A DNA stretch of 58,820 nt from a virus (IMGVR_UViG_3300042923_001809:1-58820), one strand, 5' to 3'; shown: positions 39,493-49,870, counted from the stretch's first letter. Translations and numbers: made by a program. The notes: a model not told the origin generated them from the sequence alone.

Positions 39493-40116
39493 ATGAATAC
39501 TTGGCTCATACGCCCCGTTCCCCACGGAACAAACAGAATAACAGAATTCCGTACTCTAGATTTAATTGCCATTGGCTGGCCAGGCATAGGCGATCTAACT
39601 GGACAGTCTCGCGAGAACTTAAAAACCCTTCTTGCAGGTCCTCCATACAACCAAAGTGGCCTTGCACTCGGCAATGCTTACGCAACCATCGACATCTTTG
39701 TTAACCAGATGAACGTTGGAGATATCGTCCTTGTAGCAAATGGAGAAGATATATACTTTGCAGAAATTACAAGTGATTACCAGTTTGATATCTCTGTCGA
39801 ACAATATGGGTACTCCCACCAACGTCAGGTTCGATGGCTTTCAGACACTTCGCGTAAAACACTGTCAAAAGAACTACGATCATCACTTAAAGTTCACAGG
39901 ACAGCTGCAAATCTATCACACCACATAGCTGAGATTAAAGCCCTTGCTTCAGGGAGTCCTGTTTCAGTGAGAGACACACAGTCAACAGCCACAATTGATG
40001 TCAGCTATCCGCTTCGATCAAACTTTAATGTAGATTTCAAAATCCCAACCGATATATCAAAAACCGAAGCTGATCGTCTTAGTACGTATTTTAGATCCTT
40101 ATATTTCACCGAATAA
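39493..40116 (+). CDS. Moron: Mrr/McrB N-terminal-like (EVE/PUA-like) protein with no evident nuclease domain
   Basis: WLIRP, IAIGW..GDL, FVNQM.VGDIVLV, ITSDY.F, HQRQVRW. Confidence 0.7.
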   Translation: MNTWLIRPVPHGTNRITEFRTLDLIAIGWPGIGDLTGQSRENLKTLLAGPPYNQSGLALGNAYATIDIFVNQMNVGDIVLVANGEDIYFAEITSDYQFDISVEQYGYSHQRQVRWLSDTSRKTLSKELRSSLKVHRTAANLSHHIAEIKALASGSPVSVRDTQSTATIDVSYPLRSNFNVDFKIPTDISKTEADRLSTYFRSLYFTE

Positions 40117-40494
40117 TCAAAGGCTGGGAGTAACTCCCGGCCTTTTCCACCGTCCTCCTTCTTTTGCTGTAATCTCAGAGTGGCAGGGAGTACACAACGA
40201 CATAAGATTAGCAAAGTCATTGCAACCTCCCTGCGAGAGGGGTTTAATATGGTGAACCTCCATTGCAGGTGTGATGCGTCCATTCCTTTCACATCGTTCG
40301 CATAATGGGTGTGCTGCGATGTAGCGGTCACGAATACGCTTCCACGTCCTGTTGTAACGCTTCTTAACAGCCGGATCGCGGTCGTACTTTTCATAACGCT
40401 TTGCTTCTTCTTTTTCATGTTGCTCACAGAAACGGCCATCCGTAAGGTTCGGACAGCCTGGGTAGGAACACGGTCTTTTAGGTCTGTAAGGCAT
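40117..40494 (-). CDS. Phage HNH endonuclease (packaging-associated)
   Basis: CSYPGC, PLCERC, EVHHI.PL..GG, NLMSLC..CH. Confidence 0.93.
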   Translation of the reverse strand: MPYRPKRPCSYPGCPNLTDGRFCEQHEKEEAKRYEKYDRDPAVKKRYNRTWKRIRDRYIAAHPLCERCERNGRITPAMEVHHIKPLSQGGCNDFANLMSLCTPCHSEITAKEGGRWKRPGVTPSL

Positions 40495-40593
40495 AGGGGA
40501 TCCACCTTTCTTTGGGTAAAGAAAAAGCCCTCACAGGGCTAACCCAGGAAGGCCTTGTCACAATATCTGACACTATTAGTTTATCACTTACTT

Positions 40594-40612
40594 ATCGGAC
40601 AAAACGGACAAT
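40594..40612 (-). promoter_or_regulatory. Candidate late-activator binding repeat
   Basis: Tandem cggacaa-aa-cggacaa upstream of the HNH/terS late operon. Confidence 0.5.
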
Positions 40613-40623
40613 TTTAAATTTTG

Positions 40624-40893
40624 TTAGCTGATATCATGATTTCTCTTCTCTCGTCGTGATAAATCATTCCTATCGGCTACTCTTGCTACTGTTGCATCTG
40701 AAACACCGTTTCGCTTCCCAATTTCACCATAGGTAAAAAGGGGTTTACCCGAGCCAGGAAAACGCTCTTTTGTTAGATCATCAACAACATTTCGTTCCTT
40801 CATTGATGCTACATCAGTTTTGACAGTTTTCATTTCGGATTTTAGGTTTTCTACATCTGATCTTAGTTTTTTTACTTGATTGTTAACGGACAT
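40624..40893 (-). CDS. Small coiled-coil + HTH-like protein (moron)
   Basis: FTYGEIGKRNGVSDATVARV; AT-rich upstream region, GGAGG RBS. Confidence 0.65.
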   Translation of the reverse strand: MSVNNQVKKLRSDVENLKSEMKTVKTDVASMKERNVVDDLTKERFPGSGKPLFTYGEIGKRNGVSDATVARVADRNDLSRREKRNHDIS

Positions 40894-41042
40894 TTAATAC
40901 CTCCATCAATTAAAATAAAGTGTAATAAAATATTACTTTGTTACATGATTTATAGTGCCCTTCTGAAGGCTTTTATATTCATTTATTTTCAATTGCCTAA
41001 AATCAAACATGAAATAAATTATTACAATAAAAATCAAAATGT

Positions 41043-41438
41043 CTAATTACCTTCTAAAAATCTATCATGAGCTTTTCTAACACTTTCCCCAGTTATGCAA
41101 TGACTGATACTCGCAGCAACCTGCTCCCAACTAAGACCATTAATATATCTAAGACTTAATATCATACGCATTTGGCTATCATCCACACTTTCTATATACC
41201 GATTAAGTCGATTAAGTTCGTAAAAGCATTTCTTTAAATTTAAATCAAGCAACCCCTTTAAATCTGCAATTTCTGCCGCATACTTTCCAACTTTATCAAC
41301 CCAATCGGTGCCTTTGGGCATACCAGTTATCTTACTTGTATAGGATATAGCTAAATCCTCAAGTTCATGAAGTCTTCGTTGCTGCTCCTCAATTTCACGA
41401 TTTAGGTAATATAACTGAGACAATTCCTTTTTAGTCAT
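41043..41438 (-). CDS. ArpU/RinA-like late transcriptional activator
   Basis: LSQLYYLNREI, ILSLRYINGLSWEQVA. Confidence 0.85.
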   Translation of the reverse strand: MTKKELSQLYYLNREIEEQQRRLHELEDLAISYTSKITGMPKGTDWVDKVGKYAAEIADLKGLLDLNLKKCFYELNRLNRYIESVDDSQMRMILSLRYINGLSWEQVAASISHCITGESVRKAHDRFLEGN

Positions 41439-42796
41439 TTACTTACACCCCCTCAGGTTTACTTTTACTGCATCAATCAGTGCTGTCTGGGTTTTGTCCT
41501 TATGCCTTAATGCGTTCATTACCTGCTCGTCTATCGTGCTTTTTGTAATAATGTGATGTATTACTACCGTAAATCTCTGACCCTGTCTCCACAGTCTTGC
41601 ATTGGTCTGCTGATATAGCTCCAACGACCATGTCAGTCCGAACCACACAAGGGTGGAACCTCCGGTCTGAAGATTAAGACCATGTCCGGCAGAAGCCGGG
41701 TGGATAACTGCAACAGGTATCTCTCCTTCATTCCACCGCTTAATGCTATCTGCCGAAATAATCTGTTGTGCTGGAAATCGCTCTAAAATCCGTTCAAGAT
41801 CATGCTTATACCAATATGCAATAAGAACTGGTTTTCCGTTTGATGCTTCTATTATGTCCTCCAGTGCATCCAGTTTTCTGTCATGGATACGGACTACACT
41901 TCCATTCCCGTCATAGACTGCACCATTGGCCATCTGGAGAAGTTTGTTGCTTAAAGCAGCAGCATTAGCAACATCAATCTCTTTATCATTTAAGGAAACC
42001 ACCATTTCTTTCTTTAAGGTTTTGTAATGTCCCATTTCTTTCTCAGATAGCTTTACCGAAATTTCATTCATAACAAACTCCGGCAGTTTTAAGTAATCGG
42101 TATTCTTCATGCTGATGCTGATATCGGAAATCAAGTGGTAGATTGCTTCTTCAGCTCCCTGTTTTGGTTTATAACTGAAGATGACCTGTTGGTTTCTTTT
42201 ATCCGGCTCGAAAAAGTTATCTCTGAAGCGGGTAATATACCTTCCAAGTCTCTGACCCATATCCAGAATACCAATTTCTGCCCAAAGGTCGATAAGACCG
42301 TTAGAAGCAGGTGTTCCAGTCAAGCCTATCATCCTTTTTATTCCCGGACGCACTTTCCGAAGTGCCCGAAAGCGTTTTGAACTATATGCCTTGAAGGATG
42401 ACAATTCATCGATAACCACCATGTCATAATCAAACGGAATACCGCTTTTCGTTACAAGCCAATCTACATTTTCCCTGTTGATTATGTAGACCTGTGCTCT
42501 CTTAAGCAATTCAACCTTCCGCTGGCGTTCACTCCCAATTGCGATGGCATAGGTTAAGCCTTTTAAGTCATCCCATTTTTCAACTTCTGCAGGCCATGTC
42601 ATGGTTGCTACACGTAGTGGCGCGATAACCAGCACTTTGCGGATCAGGAAAGAATCCAGTGTCAGATCAAAAATTGCAGTCAGGGTAATCATAGTTTTAC
42701 TCAACCCAAGCCCATATCAAGGAATATCGCAGCAATTGGATTCTCAAGAAGATAATCAATTGCATATTGCTGATAAGTGTGTGGTATGAACTTCAT
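41439..42796 (-). pseudogene. SNF2-like helicase interrupted in Walker A by a 5-nt insertion (downstream ORF 41439-42704 intact)
   Basis: MKFIPHTYQ..DMGLG-TGAGT-KTMITL; DELSS, LTGTP, HGLNLQ, NARLWRQGQ. Confidence 0.8.
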
Positions 42797-43083
42797 TTGG
42801 CATCACCTCCTAAAATCTCTATAAGTATTGATTTTATCTGCTCCTCATCATCAATAACAAACACTTTAATTCCAAGACGTCGTAACATTTCATGTCTTTG
42901 TAACTGCAATAGCCTGGGTTTCATCCCATGCTTTTTTACTTCAGCAAACGCAGCCCTGCCACCTGGAAGTAGTATCAATCTGTCCGGTACTCCGTCAAAA
43001 CCAGGAGAAGTAAACTTTAATGCAATACCACCGGCATTCTTGACTTCCTTGACCAGTTTTTGTTCAATATATTTTTCTTTCAT
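42793..43083 (-). CDS. VRR-NUC domain nuclease
   Basis: EKYIE..L, GVPDRL, FAEVK. Confidence 0.9.
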   Translation of the reverse strand: MKEKYIEQKLVKEVKNAGGIALKFTSPGFDGVPDRLILLPGGRAAFAEVKKHGMKPRLLQLQRHEMLRRLGIKVFVIDDEEQIKSILIEILGGDAK

Positions 43084-43096
43084 AACCGCCTCCACG

Positions 43097-43337
43097 TGTT
43101 CCCCAAATCCAAAAATTCTCTATACGCGCGTATATACGTGTATGCGTGCACCCAATAGCTCTTTATCATTACTATTATTTTTAATAATAATTATTGGAAC
43201 AATGGAACACAGAGTATTACGCACCATATTACAAAAGGGGCTGCCGCCCGTTCCCATGTGATGTACCTAAACGAGGTTCGTGGTTCATAGGAACAGGTGG
43301 CGGATGTTCCCATTACGATTGTTGTTCCACATGTTCC
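43097..43337. repeat. Iteron-like TGTTCC/GGAACA cluster, probable replication origin
   Basis: Seven exact copies (43097, 43196, 43204, 43290, 43305, 43323, 43332), the palindrome tatacgcgcgtata and an AT-rich stretch. Confidence 0.65.
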
Positions 43338-43345
43338 AAACCCAT

Positions 43346-45691
43346 TCATGGTTTGAGAACATAGAGCCATTGAGGACCATAGAGTGGGATTCGCTCCTTC
43401 CTAACAAGACCGCTCCAGCCACCAATCCCCGCCATAATCGCAGAAATCTCGTTGCCGTCCAGTCTCCTAAGATTGGCGCGGTCTTTACCGAAGCATTCAC
43501 ACCAAATCTCCATGTTGGATACAGACTCACGTTTGCGAACCCCGATATGGTGGCTTTCCCCGAATTCCGTACCGCTGACAAATGCACGGCGTTCATATAA
43601 GTCCATACTGTCCCATTCCTCGGGTAGGAGGATTTCGAGGAAGTCACGAACCAAACCTTCGCGTTCATCAGACTCTATCGCTTCCCGCTGTTCTTCCTTA
43701 GCAAGCTTTTCAAGTCCTGAATCAAGGTATAGCTTTTCACCTGCTTTAACATAAGTACGTGCTTCTGCCCATATCTGCAGAATCTCATCCTTTGAAAGTT
43801 GCCATGACTGTTTCTTAATACTTCCGGGTGTTTTAACCGGCCAAAACCGTCGGTTACCAGTAGTATCACGGAGATACCCTTTCTCGGCATTGGTAGTTCC
43901 AAAGAACACGCACTGCCTGAGGTGTGGTGTAGCACGTCGCCCAAAACTGGCACGGTAGATGTCGTTCTGCCTGGAAAGGAAGCTGCGCAGTGTCTCCAGC
44001 TCTGCTTTCTTAAGCCCTGCGAGCTCACCAATCTCCAATATCCAATAACCCTGTAATTTCTCAGCAGCTGTTTTATCCTTGGTGTCCGATAACGAAAGGC
44101 TGTCAGAAAACCATTCTCCACCCAGCTTTGTAATAAGAGTGCTTTTACCGACTCCCTGTGGACCGTTAAGCACCAGCATGGAATCGAACTTAATGCCGGG
44201 AGTTAGGATACGTGCAATTGCTGCACAAAGGGTTTTCCTTGTGACTGAGCGAACATAGGAATTATCCGTTGCACCAAGATAATCCACCAAAAGGGTATCC
44301 ACTCGGGGGTTCTTATCCCATTCCGGTAATGCTTCGATAAACTCCCTGATCGGATGATAGGAACGGTCATCAGTTACCTTAGTCACCGCGATCTCGTAAT
44401 TTCTCGCAGAAAAGGAACCATAATGACCATCGACGTAACTGATCAGCTGCGCATCATCTGCATCACGCCAGAACCTTGAGGGATGTGGCCACGGAACCTC
44501 TCCTTTTATCTCCATACCATCAGATAATTGGTTAAACACAATGCTCTCAAGTACAGGATCATTCTCCAGAATCATTGTAAGGTTACGAAGTGTATTCTTT
44601 ACCGTTCCTGTCTTATCAAGGTCAAGATGCTTCTGCCAATCCCCATCGGAAAATTCCGATGCTGCCTGTACTTTGCGCTCTTCAGCAAATTGTTCCCTAA
44701 CTCTCTCGTCCTTTACGGCAAGCTCATTCATTGCTTTAAAGGATGGAAGCTTGCCGGGTGGTGTATTATCAGAGACCTTATCATCAAGTTCCCTGAACCG
44801 GTGAATTCTAACAAGGTCAAAGGCATTCAGCAAACGACCGCAGGCAGGGTCAGTGGCATGGTGGCTATAGGCAAACTTGCCATCATATTTTACTAAGCCT
44901 GCGGACGAATCGGCAGGGATATAATCATAGCGGCCATTCATAACGCTTGGTTCATATACATCTGATAGAAAAGTTTCAATTGCTTCTTCTATGGAATATG
45001 ATCTGCAGAACACTCCAATAATTCCTTCCTTCGTAAGTGGATCAGATTGCTTTATTATCTGCCTCCGCACGACCTCTGACTGTCTGGAGGATACTGGCCA
45101 CACGGAAGCATCACGCCAATCGGCATATCTGGCAAGATATTCATCCGGATCAAGCAGCCCGCCATCCTTTTCCCTGAACACAAACTCTCCATCAGCCGGT
45201 GTGGATGGCCAATACATCAGCCGGGATGCTTCGTAAGTGGTATCATCGAAAAGATCAATACCGATCTCCTTTGCCACCATGCGACCCAGCGCAGGGTATT
45301 CATCCTCGACTACCTCACGCGAAAGTGGGATGATGAGCCTTAAGCGTGGAGCCTCCGGTGTATGTTTGTGTGTAGAATAAGCTAGACAACGCCAGTCGTG
45401 AAGTAAATCTATCTGGTCCCATATGTTCGGCTTTGCATAATCCATATCCAAAGTGAGCATGGAACGGCATAGGACATAGCCGTTCCTGCGCTTACCTTCA
45501 CGCAAGGCTCCGCCAACAAATCCTCCTACATCTTTAATAGAATCCTGTCGGGCACGGCTCATCTTACGAAATTCAGACACAGTCTCTGTGGTACGCTTCG
45601 TTATTTGTACGGTATTCCTAAAATCCTCCCATGAAATATCCCTGTTCTTCCATTTCTTATCCATGCGGCTGTTGCCTACTGCAATTTTCAT
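43346..45691 (-). CDS. Virulence-associated E (VapE) primase/helicase
   Basis: KDVGGFVGG, STHKH..PRLR; GPQGVGKST, GTTN, GNRRFWPV. Confidence 0.92.
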   Translation of the reverse strand: MKIAVGNSRMDKKWKNRDISWEDFRNTVQITKRTTETVSEFRKMSRARQDSIKDVGGFVGGALREGKRRNGYVLCRSMLTLDMDYAKPNIWDQIDLLHDWRCLAYSTHKHTPEAPRLRLIIPLSREVVEDEYPALGRMVAKEIGIDLFDDTTYEASRLMYWPSTPADGEFVFREKDGGLLDPDEYLARYADWRDASVWPVSSRQSEVVRRQIIKQSDPLTKEGIIGVFCRSYSIEEAIETFLSDVYEPSVMNGRYDYIPADSSAGLVKYDGKFAYSHHATDPACGRLLNAFDLVRIHRFRELDDKVSDNTPPGKLPSFKAMNELAVKDERVREQFAEERKVQAASEFSDGDWQKHLDLDKTGTVKNTLRNLTMILENDPVLESIVFNQLSDGMEIKGEVPWPHPSRFWRDADDAQLISYVDGHYGSFSARNYEIAVTKVTDDRSYHPIREFIEALPEWDKNPRVDTLLVDYLGATDNSYVRSVTRKTLCAAIARILTPGIKFDSMLVLNGPQGVGKSTLITKLGGEWFSDSLSLSDTKDKTAAEKLQGYWILEIGELAGLKKAELETLRSFLSRQNDIYRASFGRRATPHLRQCVFFGTTNAEKGYLRDTTGNRRFWPVKTPGSIKKQSWQLSKDEILQIWAEARTYVKAGEKLYLDSGLEKLAKEEQREAIESDEREGLVRDFLEILLPEEWDSMDLYERRAFVSGTEFGESHHIGVRKRESVSNMEIWCECFGKDRANLRRLDGNEISAIMAGIGGWSGLVRKERIPLYGPQWLYVLKP

Positions 45692-46106
45692 AAGTTTGCA
45701 CCTCCTCGCAGTTTTCCTTAAAATACCGTACTTGGATTCCGCGCCTTTTTGCTTTTTCTATTTCACCCTTCATCCCAGCGGATATATAATCACCGAATGC
45801 CCAGAGTTCATCACACTTACAAAGCCACACCATACCGAAGAACAATCCAAGTTCTCGCTGAGTGGGGTCGCTATCATCCAGTACCAGAGGATAAAGCAGG
45901 TGAGATGCAAAAGGGATGGCACCTTTATCTGCTGCGAATTTTAAGTACCGCCGGGCATTATGCGTATTCTGGCTAATATCTCCGGAATAGGGAGAACAGA
46001 TAAACACGCAGGGTTTCCACTCCTTTAACTTTTCTTCCCGTCTTACGTTTGCCAGAGCCTCCGCCGCCGTTGGGTCTGGATAGCCTTCACTGTTACGCAG
46101 ATTCAT
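45657..46106 (-). CDS. DUF4406/nucleoside deoxyribosyltransferase-like phage protein
   Basis: NSEGYPDPTA, FICSPY.GD, CDELW.FG..IS.GM..EI. Confidence 0.8.
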   Translation of the reverse strand: MNLRNSEGYPDPTAAEALANVRREEKLKEWKPCVFICSPYSGDISQNTHNARRYLKFAADKGAIPFASHLLYPLVLDDSDPTQRELGLFFGMVWLCKCDELWAFGDYISAGMKGEIEKAKRRGIQVRYFKENCEEVQTYENCSRQQPHG

Positions 46107-46154
46107 ATCAATCGATACCTCCTGAAATTTATTTGATGAATATCCTCACTGCAT

Positions 46155-46180
46155 AGCCATGAAAACGGCTGTTTGTGAGG
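46155..46180 (-). promoter_or_regulatory. Putative phage-sigma promoter, set within a 12-bp inverted repeat
   Basis: CCTCACA-N13-ATGGCT; gaatatcctcac (46138-46149) / gtgaggatattc (46175-46186). Confidence 0.7.
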
Positions 46181-46195
46181 ATATTCGTTAATTTG

Positions 46196-48169
46196 TTAAT
46201 CCTTTTTATAAAACTGACATTCATAACCATCAGCACGGAGTAATAGCCCTTTTACCCATGACGGTGTTTCACCCATATAGCTACAGACCATCTCCGTTGA
46301 GATATCCTCAGATGCTTCAATAACTACTTCATCATGTACATGTATTACGATAGAAAACCCGATACTATTTAGGCGTCGCATGGCATAACAGAGAATATCA
46401 CGACTAATTGCCTGGACAATATTCTCTACAAACTTCGGGCCATAGCTTTCTATCCTTTCCCACTTCTTCGTGGCACCTACTCCTTCATATGTCACTGTCT
46501 CGCTACCAAAATGGTTGAAACCCATTTTAGGTTTCACATATGCAAGACGTCTGTCGGAGGGAAGCGTGATGAAAAGAAAACCACTGCGATATTCAAACCG
46601 TATCCCGTGAGTCTGTGTATTGGTTCGTTCCCGGACTGCAGTTGTTACAGCATGATCCACATCCCACCACAACCGAACAATATTCGGATTGGCTGCTCGC
46701 CATGCCGTCACCAAAGGCTGCAGCTCCTCTTCGGTGAGTCCCATCTCCAGGGCGCCCATAGCCTTTAACGCCCCGACAGATCCGCCATATCCTAGGGCTA
46801 GTTCTGCAACCTTACCTTTCTGACGCAAAGGACTGCCCTTAGTAATATCCTCAATTGGGACACGAAACATCTGGCTTGCCGACGCTTCATAAATCTTGCC
46901 ATGTGTGGCAAACACCTCATTTCGCCAGGACTCTCCTGCAATCCAGGCAATAACCCTCGCTTCAATGGCCGAGAAATCTGCCACGATGAATTTCTTTCCT
47001 ATTTCCGGTACAAATGCGGTCCTGATCAATTCTGAAAGAACAACCGGAACAGAATCATATAGCATTTCCAAGGCATCAAAATTCCCTACTTTCAAAAGAC
47101 TGCGTGCCTGTGACAAATCAGGTAAATGGTTCTGCGGAAGATTTTGAACCTGCACAAGCCGACCTGCAAATCTACCGGTCCGGTTGGCTCCGTAGAATTG
47201 AAGAAGTCCTCTGACCCTTCCGTCTTTACATAAGGCATTATCCATTGCCGTGTATTTCTTCACGCTGCTCTTAGCCAGTGATTGCCTCATCATCAATACT
47301 TCTGCAAGCTCCTCCGGCGCTGTCTTCAGTAATTCCTTAACCGCCTCTTTACCAAGCGTATCCGTCTCCAGTCCATTTTCTCCAAGCCATGCCTTCATCT
47401 GAACGACCGAATTTGGATTTTCAAGATCAGTGATTTCTCTCATGGTTCTGGTGAGTTCCTCCTTTGACTGCTCATCACATCGGATTGCTTCCCTTACAAG
47501 GTCTATATCCAACTGAATACCCCTGTCATTAATTTCTTGGTCAAGGCGATAATATTTCCATTCATCCTCCGGTACCGGAAACTTAAAGAGCTTACTTGCA
47601 ATCGCCATCTCAGTTTCCACATCCCTTGCATTATAAGCAATAAAACGCTCCCACTTATCCGGAGCATGGCTTGGTAGGTTTCTCGTACGTCCTCCGTTTG
47701 CTTTGGTTGATTTGCAGGGCGAACAGAAAAACCGAATGAGATCTTTACCTTCAGAAAGCTTTTTCTTTTCGGATCCCGTTACAATTGCAGCCTGTTCCAG
47801 TGATAGTGGCAATCCCAGATAGGCAGACCATACCATGGTACACCGCCAGGCTACCGGATTTAAAAACCTGCTCTTTTTATTCCATGAAGCAAATGTTATG
47901 CCCTGTTGCTTAAGCCACCTTGACAGGCAAACCCGTTCAAACTGTGCATTATGTGCCCACTTAATAATATTTTCATTTATTAATGCTTCCCTGATTTCCT
48001 TCGGAAGGACTTCACCGGAGGCGAGGTCAATGACACGAACCTCACCTCCGTCTATGCTGTAACCAAATAGGAGAATTTCAAAGTCTGGTGATTCCGAATA
48101 ACGATACACACCGCATTTACTTAGGTCTGCACTCGAGTAGGTTTCCAAATCCAGATATAGTGCCCTCAT
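46196..48169 (-). CDS. Phage DNA polymerase, family A
   Basis: LDLETYS, AHNAQFER, ADFSAIEAR, RQKGK.AELALGYGG, HVHDE. Confidence 0.95.
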   Translation of the reverse strand: MRALYLDLETYSSADLSKCGVYRYSESPDFEILLFGYSIDGGEVRVIDLASGEVLPKEIREALINENIIKWAHNAQFERVCLSRWLKQQGITFASWNKKSRFLNPVAWRCTMVWSAYLGLPLSLEQAAIVTGSEKKKLSEGKDLIRFFCSPCKSTKANGGRTRNLPSHAPDKWERFIAYNARDVETEMAIASKLFKFPVPEDEWKYYRLDQEINDRGIQLDIDLVREAIRCDEQSKEELTRTMREITDLENPNSVVQMKAWLGENGLETDTLGKEAVKELLKTAPEELAEVLMMRQSLAKSSVKKYTAMDNALCKDGRVRGLLQFYGANRTGRFAGRLVQVQNLPQNHLPDLSQARSLLKVGNFDALEMLYDSVPVVLSELIRTAFVPEIGKKFIVADFSAIEARVIAWIAGESWRNEVFATHGKIYEASASQMFRVPIEDITKGSPLRQKGKVAELALGYGGSVGALKAMGALEMGLTEEELQPLVTAWRAANPNIVRLWWDVDHAVTTAVRERTNTQTHGIRFEYRSGFLFITLPSDRRLAYVKPKMGFNHFGSETVTYEGVGATKKWERIESYGPKFVENIVQAISRDILCYAMRRLNSIGFSIVIHVHDEVVIEASEDISTEMVCSYMGETPSWVKGLLLRADGYECQFYKKD

Positions 48170-48744
48170 GATAGAAAATCATCATCCACATCAGTAGCAA
48201 AGTCATCCTCTGCGTTAGAACGACCACCTAACGGTTCTCCGTCCTTTATCTTCTGAATGTTACCTAAACCGCAGGCAATGCCTTTATTCCCGTTTGAGTT
48301 GAATGCATAAAAGTTAATTGATACCCTTGCATAAACACCAGAATAGACTTCCGAACGATCCAATATTGGTTGTACCTGTAGATCTACAATCTGTGGAGCT
48401 GTGTTGGAATTTGCATTCACAAAATAGCTGTCTGCATAAGCTTCATCATCGGGGCGGTCAATATCCCCATCACGGAGAGGAAGTTTTAAAGCAGTCCTGT
48501 TTGGAACCTTACCACCGAACTTGCCTTTTCCTTCTTCGATGGCTGCATTTACTGCTGCATTAATAGCAGCAATCGTCTTTGTATCGCTTTTGGGGATGAT
48601 CAGGCTGACACTGTATTTTTCTGCACTTCCGTTAATGCTCTTTGGTTCCCACACATTTGCAAAACTGAGACGAACTACCCCTGTTACAACCTTTGTAGAG
48701 TTTTTGCTTTCATTATGTTTTACACTGTTTGCTGTATTTGACAT
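48166..48744 (-). CDS. DUF2815 ssDNA-binding protein
   Basis: RLSFANVWEP, PLRDGD, YSG.YAR, acidic tail. Confidence 0.9.
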   Translation of the reverse strand: MSNTANSVKHNESKNSTKVVTGVVRLSFANVWEPKSINGSAEKYSVSLIIPKSDTKTIAAINAAVNAAIEEGKGKFGGKVPNRTALKLPLRDGDIDRPDDEAYADSYFVNANSNTAPQIVDLQVQPILDRSEVYSGVYARVSINFYAFNSNGNKGIACGLGNIQKIKDGEPLGGRSNAEDDFATDVDDDFLS

Positions 48745-48745
48745 T

Positions 48746-49870
48746 TTATGTTTCCTCCTTAAAATCCTGATTTGCCGATAGGTTCATTGCCGGTCGCTTA
48801 TCGCTGACAGGCACAAGGGTCGGACGCCCTTGTGGTTTGATGATGTAGTCTCCAAGGACTTCATTGAACTTTTTCTTTCCAAGCAGCTTCTCTGCCTCGG
48901 TGATGGTGATAAGAATCTGCCGGTAAATATCACGATACCCTGCTGCCTTCAGTGACGCTGCTACCGCTTCCTCATCGGTATATCTGCGGTTTGAACGTCC
49001 CTCCACCAGTTTGTAACCTGGCCATTCCTTGCCTTCAATTGCTGTTGCCAGGGCATAATCCTTTATTGTATTAGCCCATGAAACCAAATCATCCAGTTTT
49101 TCTAGTATTTCGGCAATCTCCTCATCTGAAAGCAGGGGTGGTAATTCGAACTCAAAAGCTGCAAGCTTTAGCTTTGCTTCTGCTCTTGCTCGGCATTTAA
49201 CCTCCGCCCGACAGAACTGGCAGTGCTCACCCGGAACAAATTCGCCGCCACCTTCAAAGGCAATCTTGGCAGTGGGTATCAGTACTTTTGCCGCCCACAG
49301 ATAAAGTGATTCCTTTGGCACCGTGAATGTGCTTACATTCTCCCGTCTTGGCTGGAATATGGTCATGGACACATTATCGATGTCATAGATGTCATCGAAA
49401 TACTCCAGTGCACCAAGAGCATACAGTTTCATCTGTGGATTTTCCTCAGCTTCAACCAGAATTCCCTGCCCATATTTAAAATCGATGATGTGCATAGTAC
49501 CATCCGCTATAATTAGGCAGTCCCCGGTACCAAAGCCATCGGGTACATAATTTGAAAAGTTCAATTTCTGCTCAATAAGCACAAGGGGATCCGGGCATTG
49601 TAGTTTAACCTTGGCAAGCTGCTCAAGAATAAAGCTTACATAATCATCCGTAAGTGCATCCATCTCATCACAGTCATACTCTGATACTGGTTTCTTGGAG
49701 CGCATCTTCAGGGCTTTCCTCAATTTGTGTTCTGCGAGAGCATGCGCAGCGGAGCCTTCTTCTGCTGCTTTGCTGGCAGTATCCTTAAACTCCTGTTCCA
49801 ATCTGGCTGATGGAGTGCATACCATCCAGCGATGGGCGGAGGATGCTGATAAAATTGCATGACTGCTCAT
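48746..49870 (-). CDS. DUF2800 PD-(D/E)xK (Cas4-like) nuclease
   Basis: HAILSAS..HRW..C, FGTGD, IDFKYG, HCQFC....C. Confidence 0.9.
   Translation of the reverse strand: MSSHAILSASSAHRWMVCTPSARLEQEFKDTASKAAEEGSAAHALAEHKLRKALKMRSKKPVSEYDCDEMDALTDDYVSFILEQLAKVKLQCPDPLVLIEQKLNFSNYVPDGFGTGDCLIIADGTMHIIDFKYGQGILVEAEENPQMKLYALGALEYFDDIYDIDNVSMTIFQPRRENVSTFTVPKESLYLWAAKVLIPTAKIAFEGGGEFVPGEHCQFCRAEVKCRARAEAKLKLAAFEFELPPLLSDEEIAEILEKLDDLVSWANTIKDYALATAIEGKEWPGYKLVEGRSNRRYTDEEAVAASLKAAGYRDIYRQILITITEAEKLLGKKKFNEVLGDYIIKPQGRPTLVPVSDKRPAMNLSANQDFKEET

Noticed and set aside
42699-42704. Stop-codon reassignment, intein or intron explaining the SNF2 TGA
   Set aside because: The lesion also shifts the frame, is only 5 nt long, and other genes use TGA as a normal stop
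48746-49870. Cas4 as part of a CRISPR system
   Set aside because: DUF2800 in the standard DUF2800-DUF2815-polymerase phage replication module
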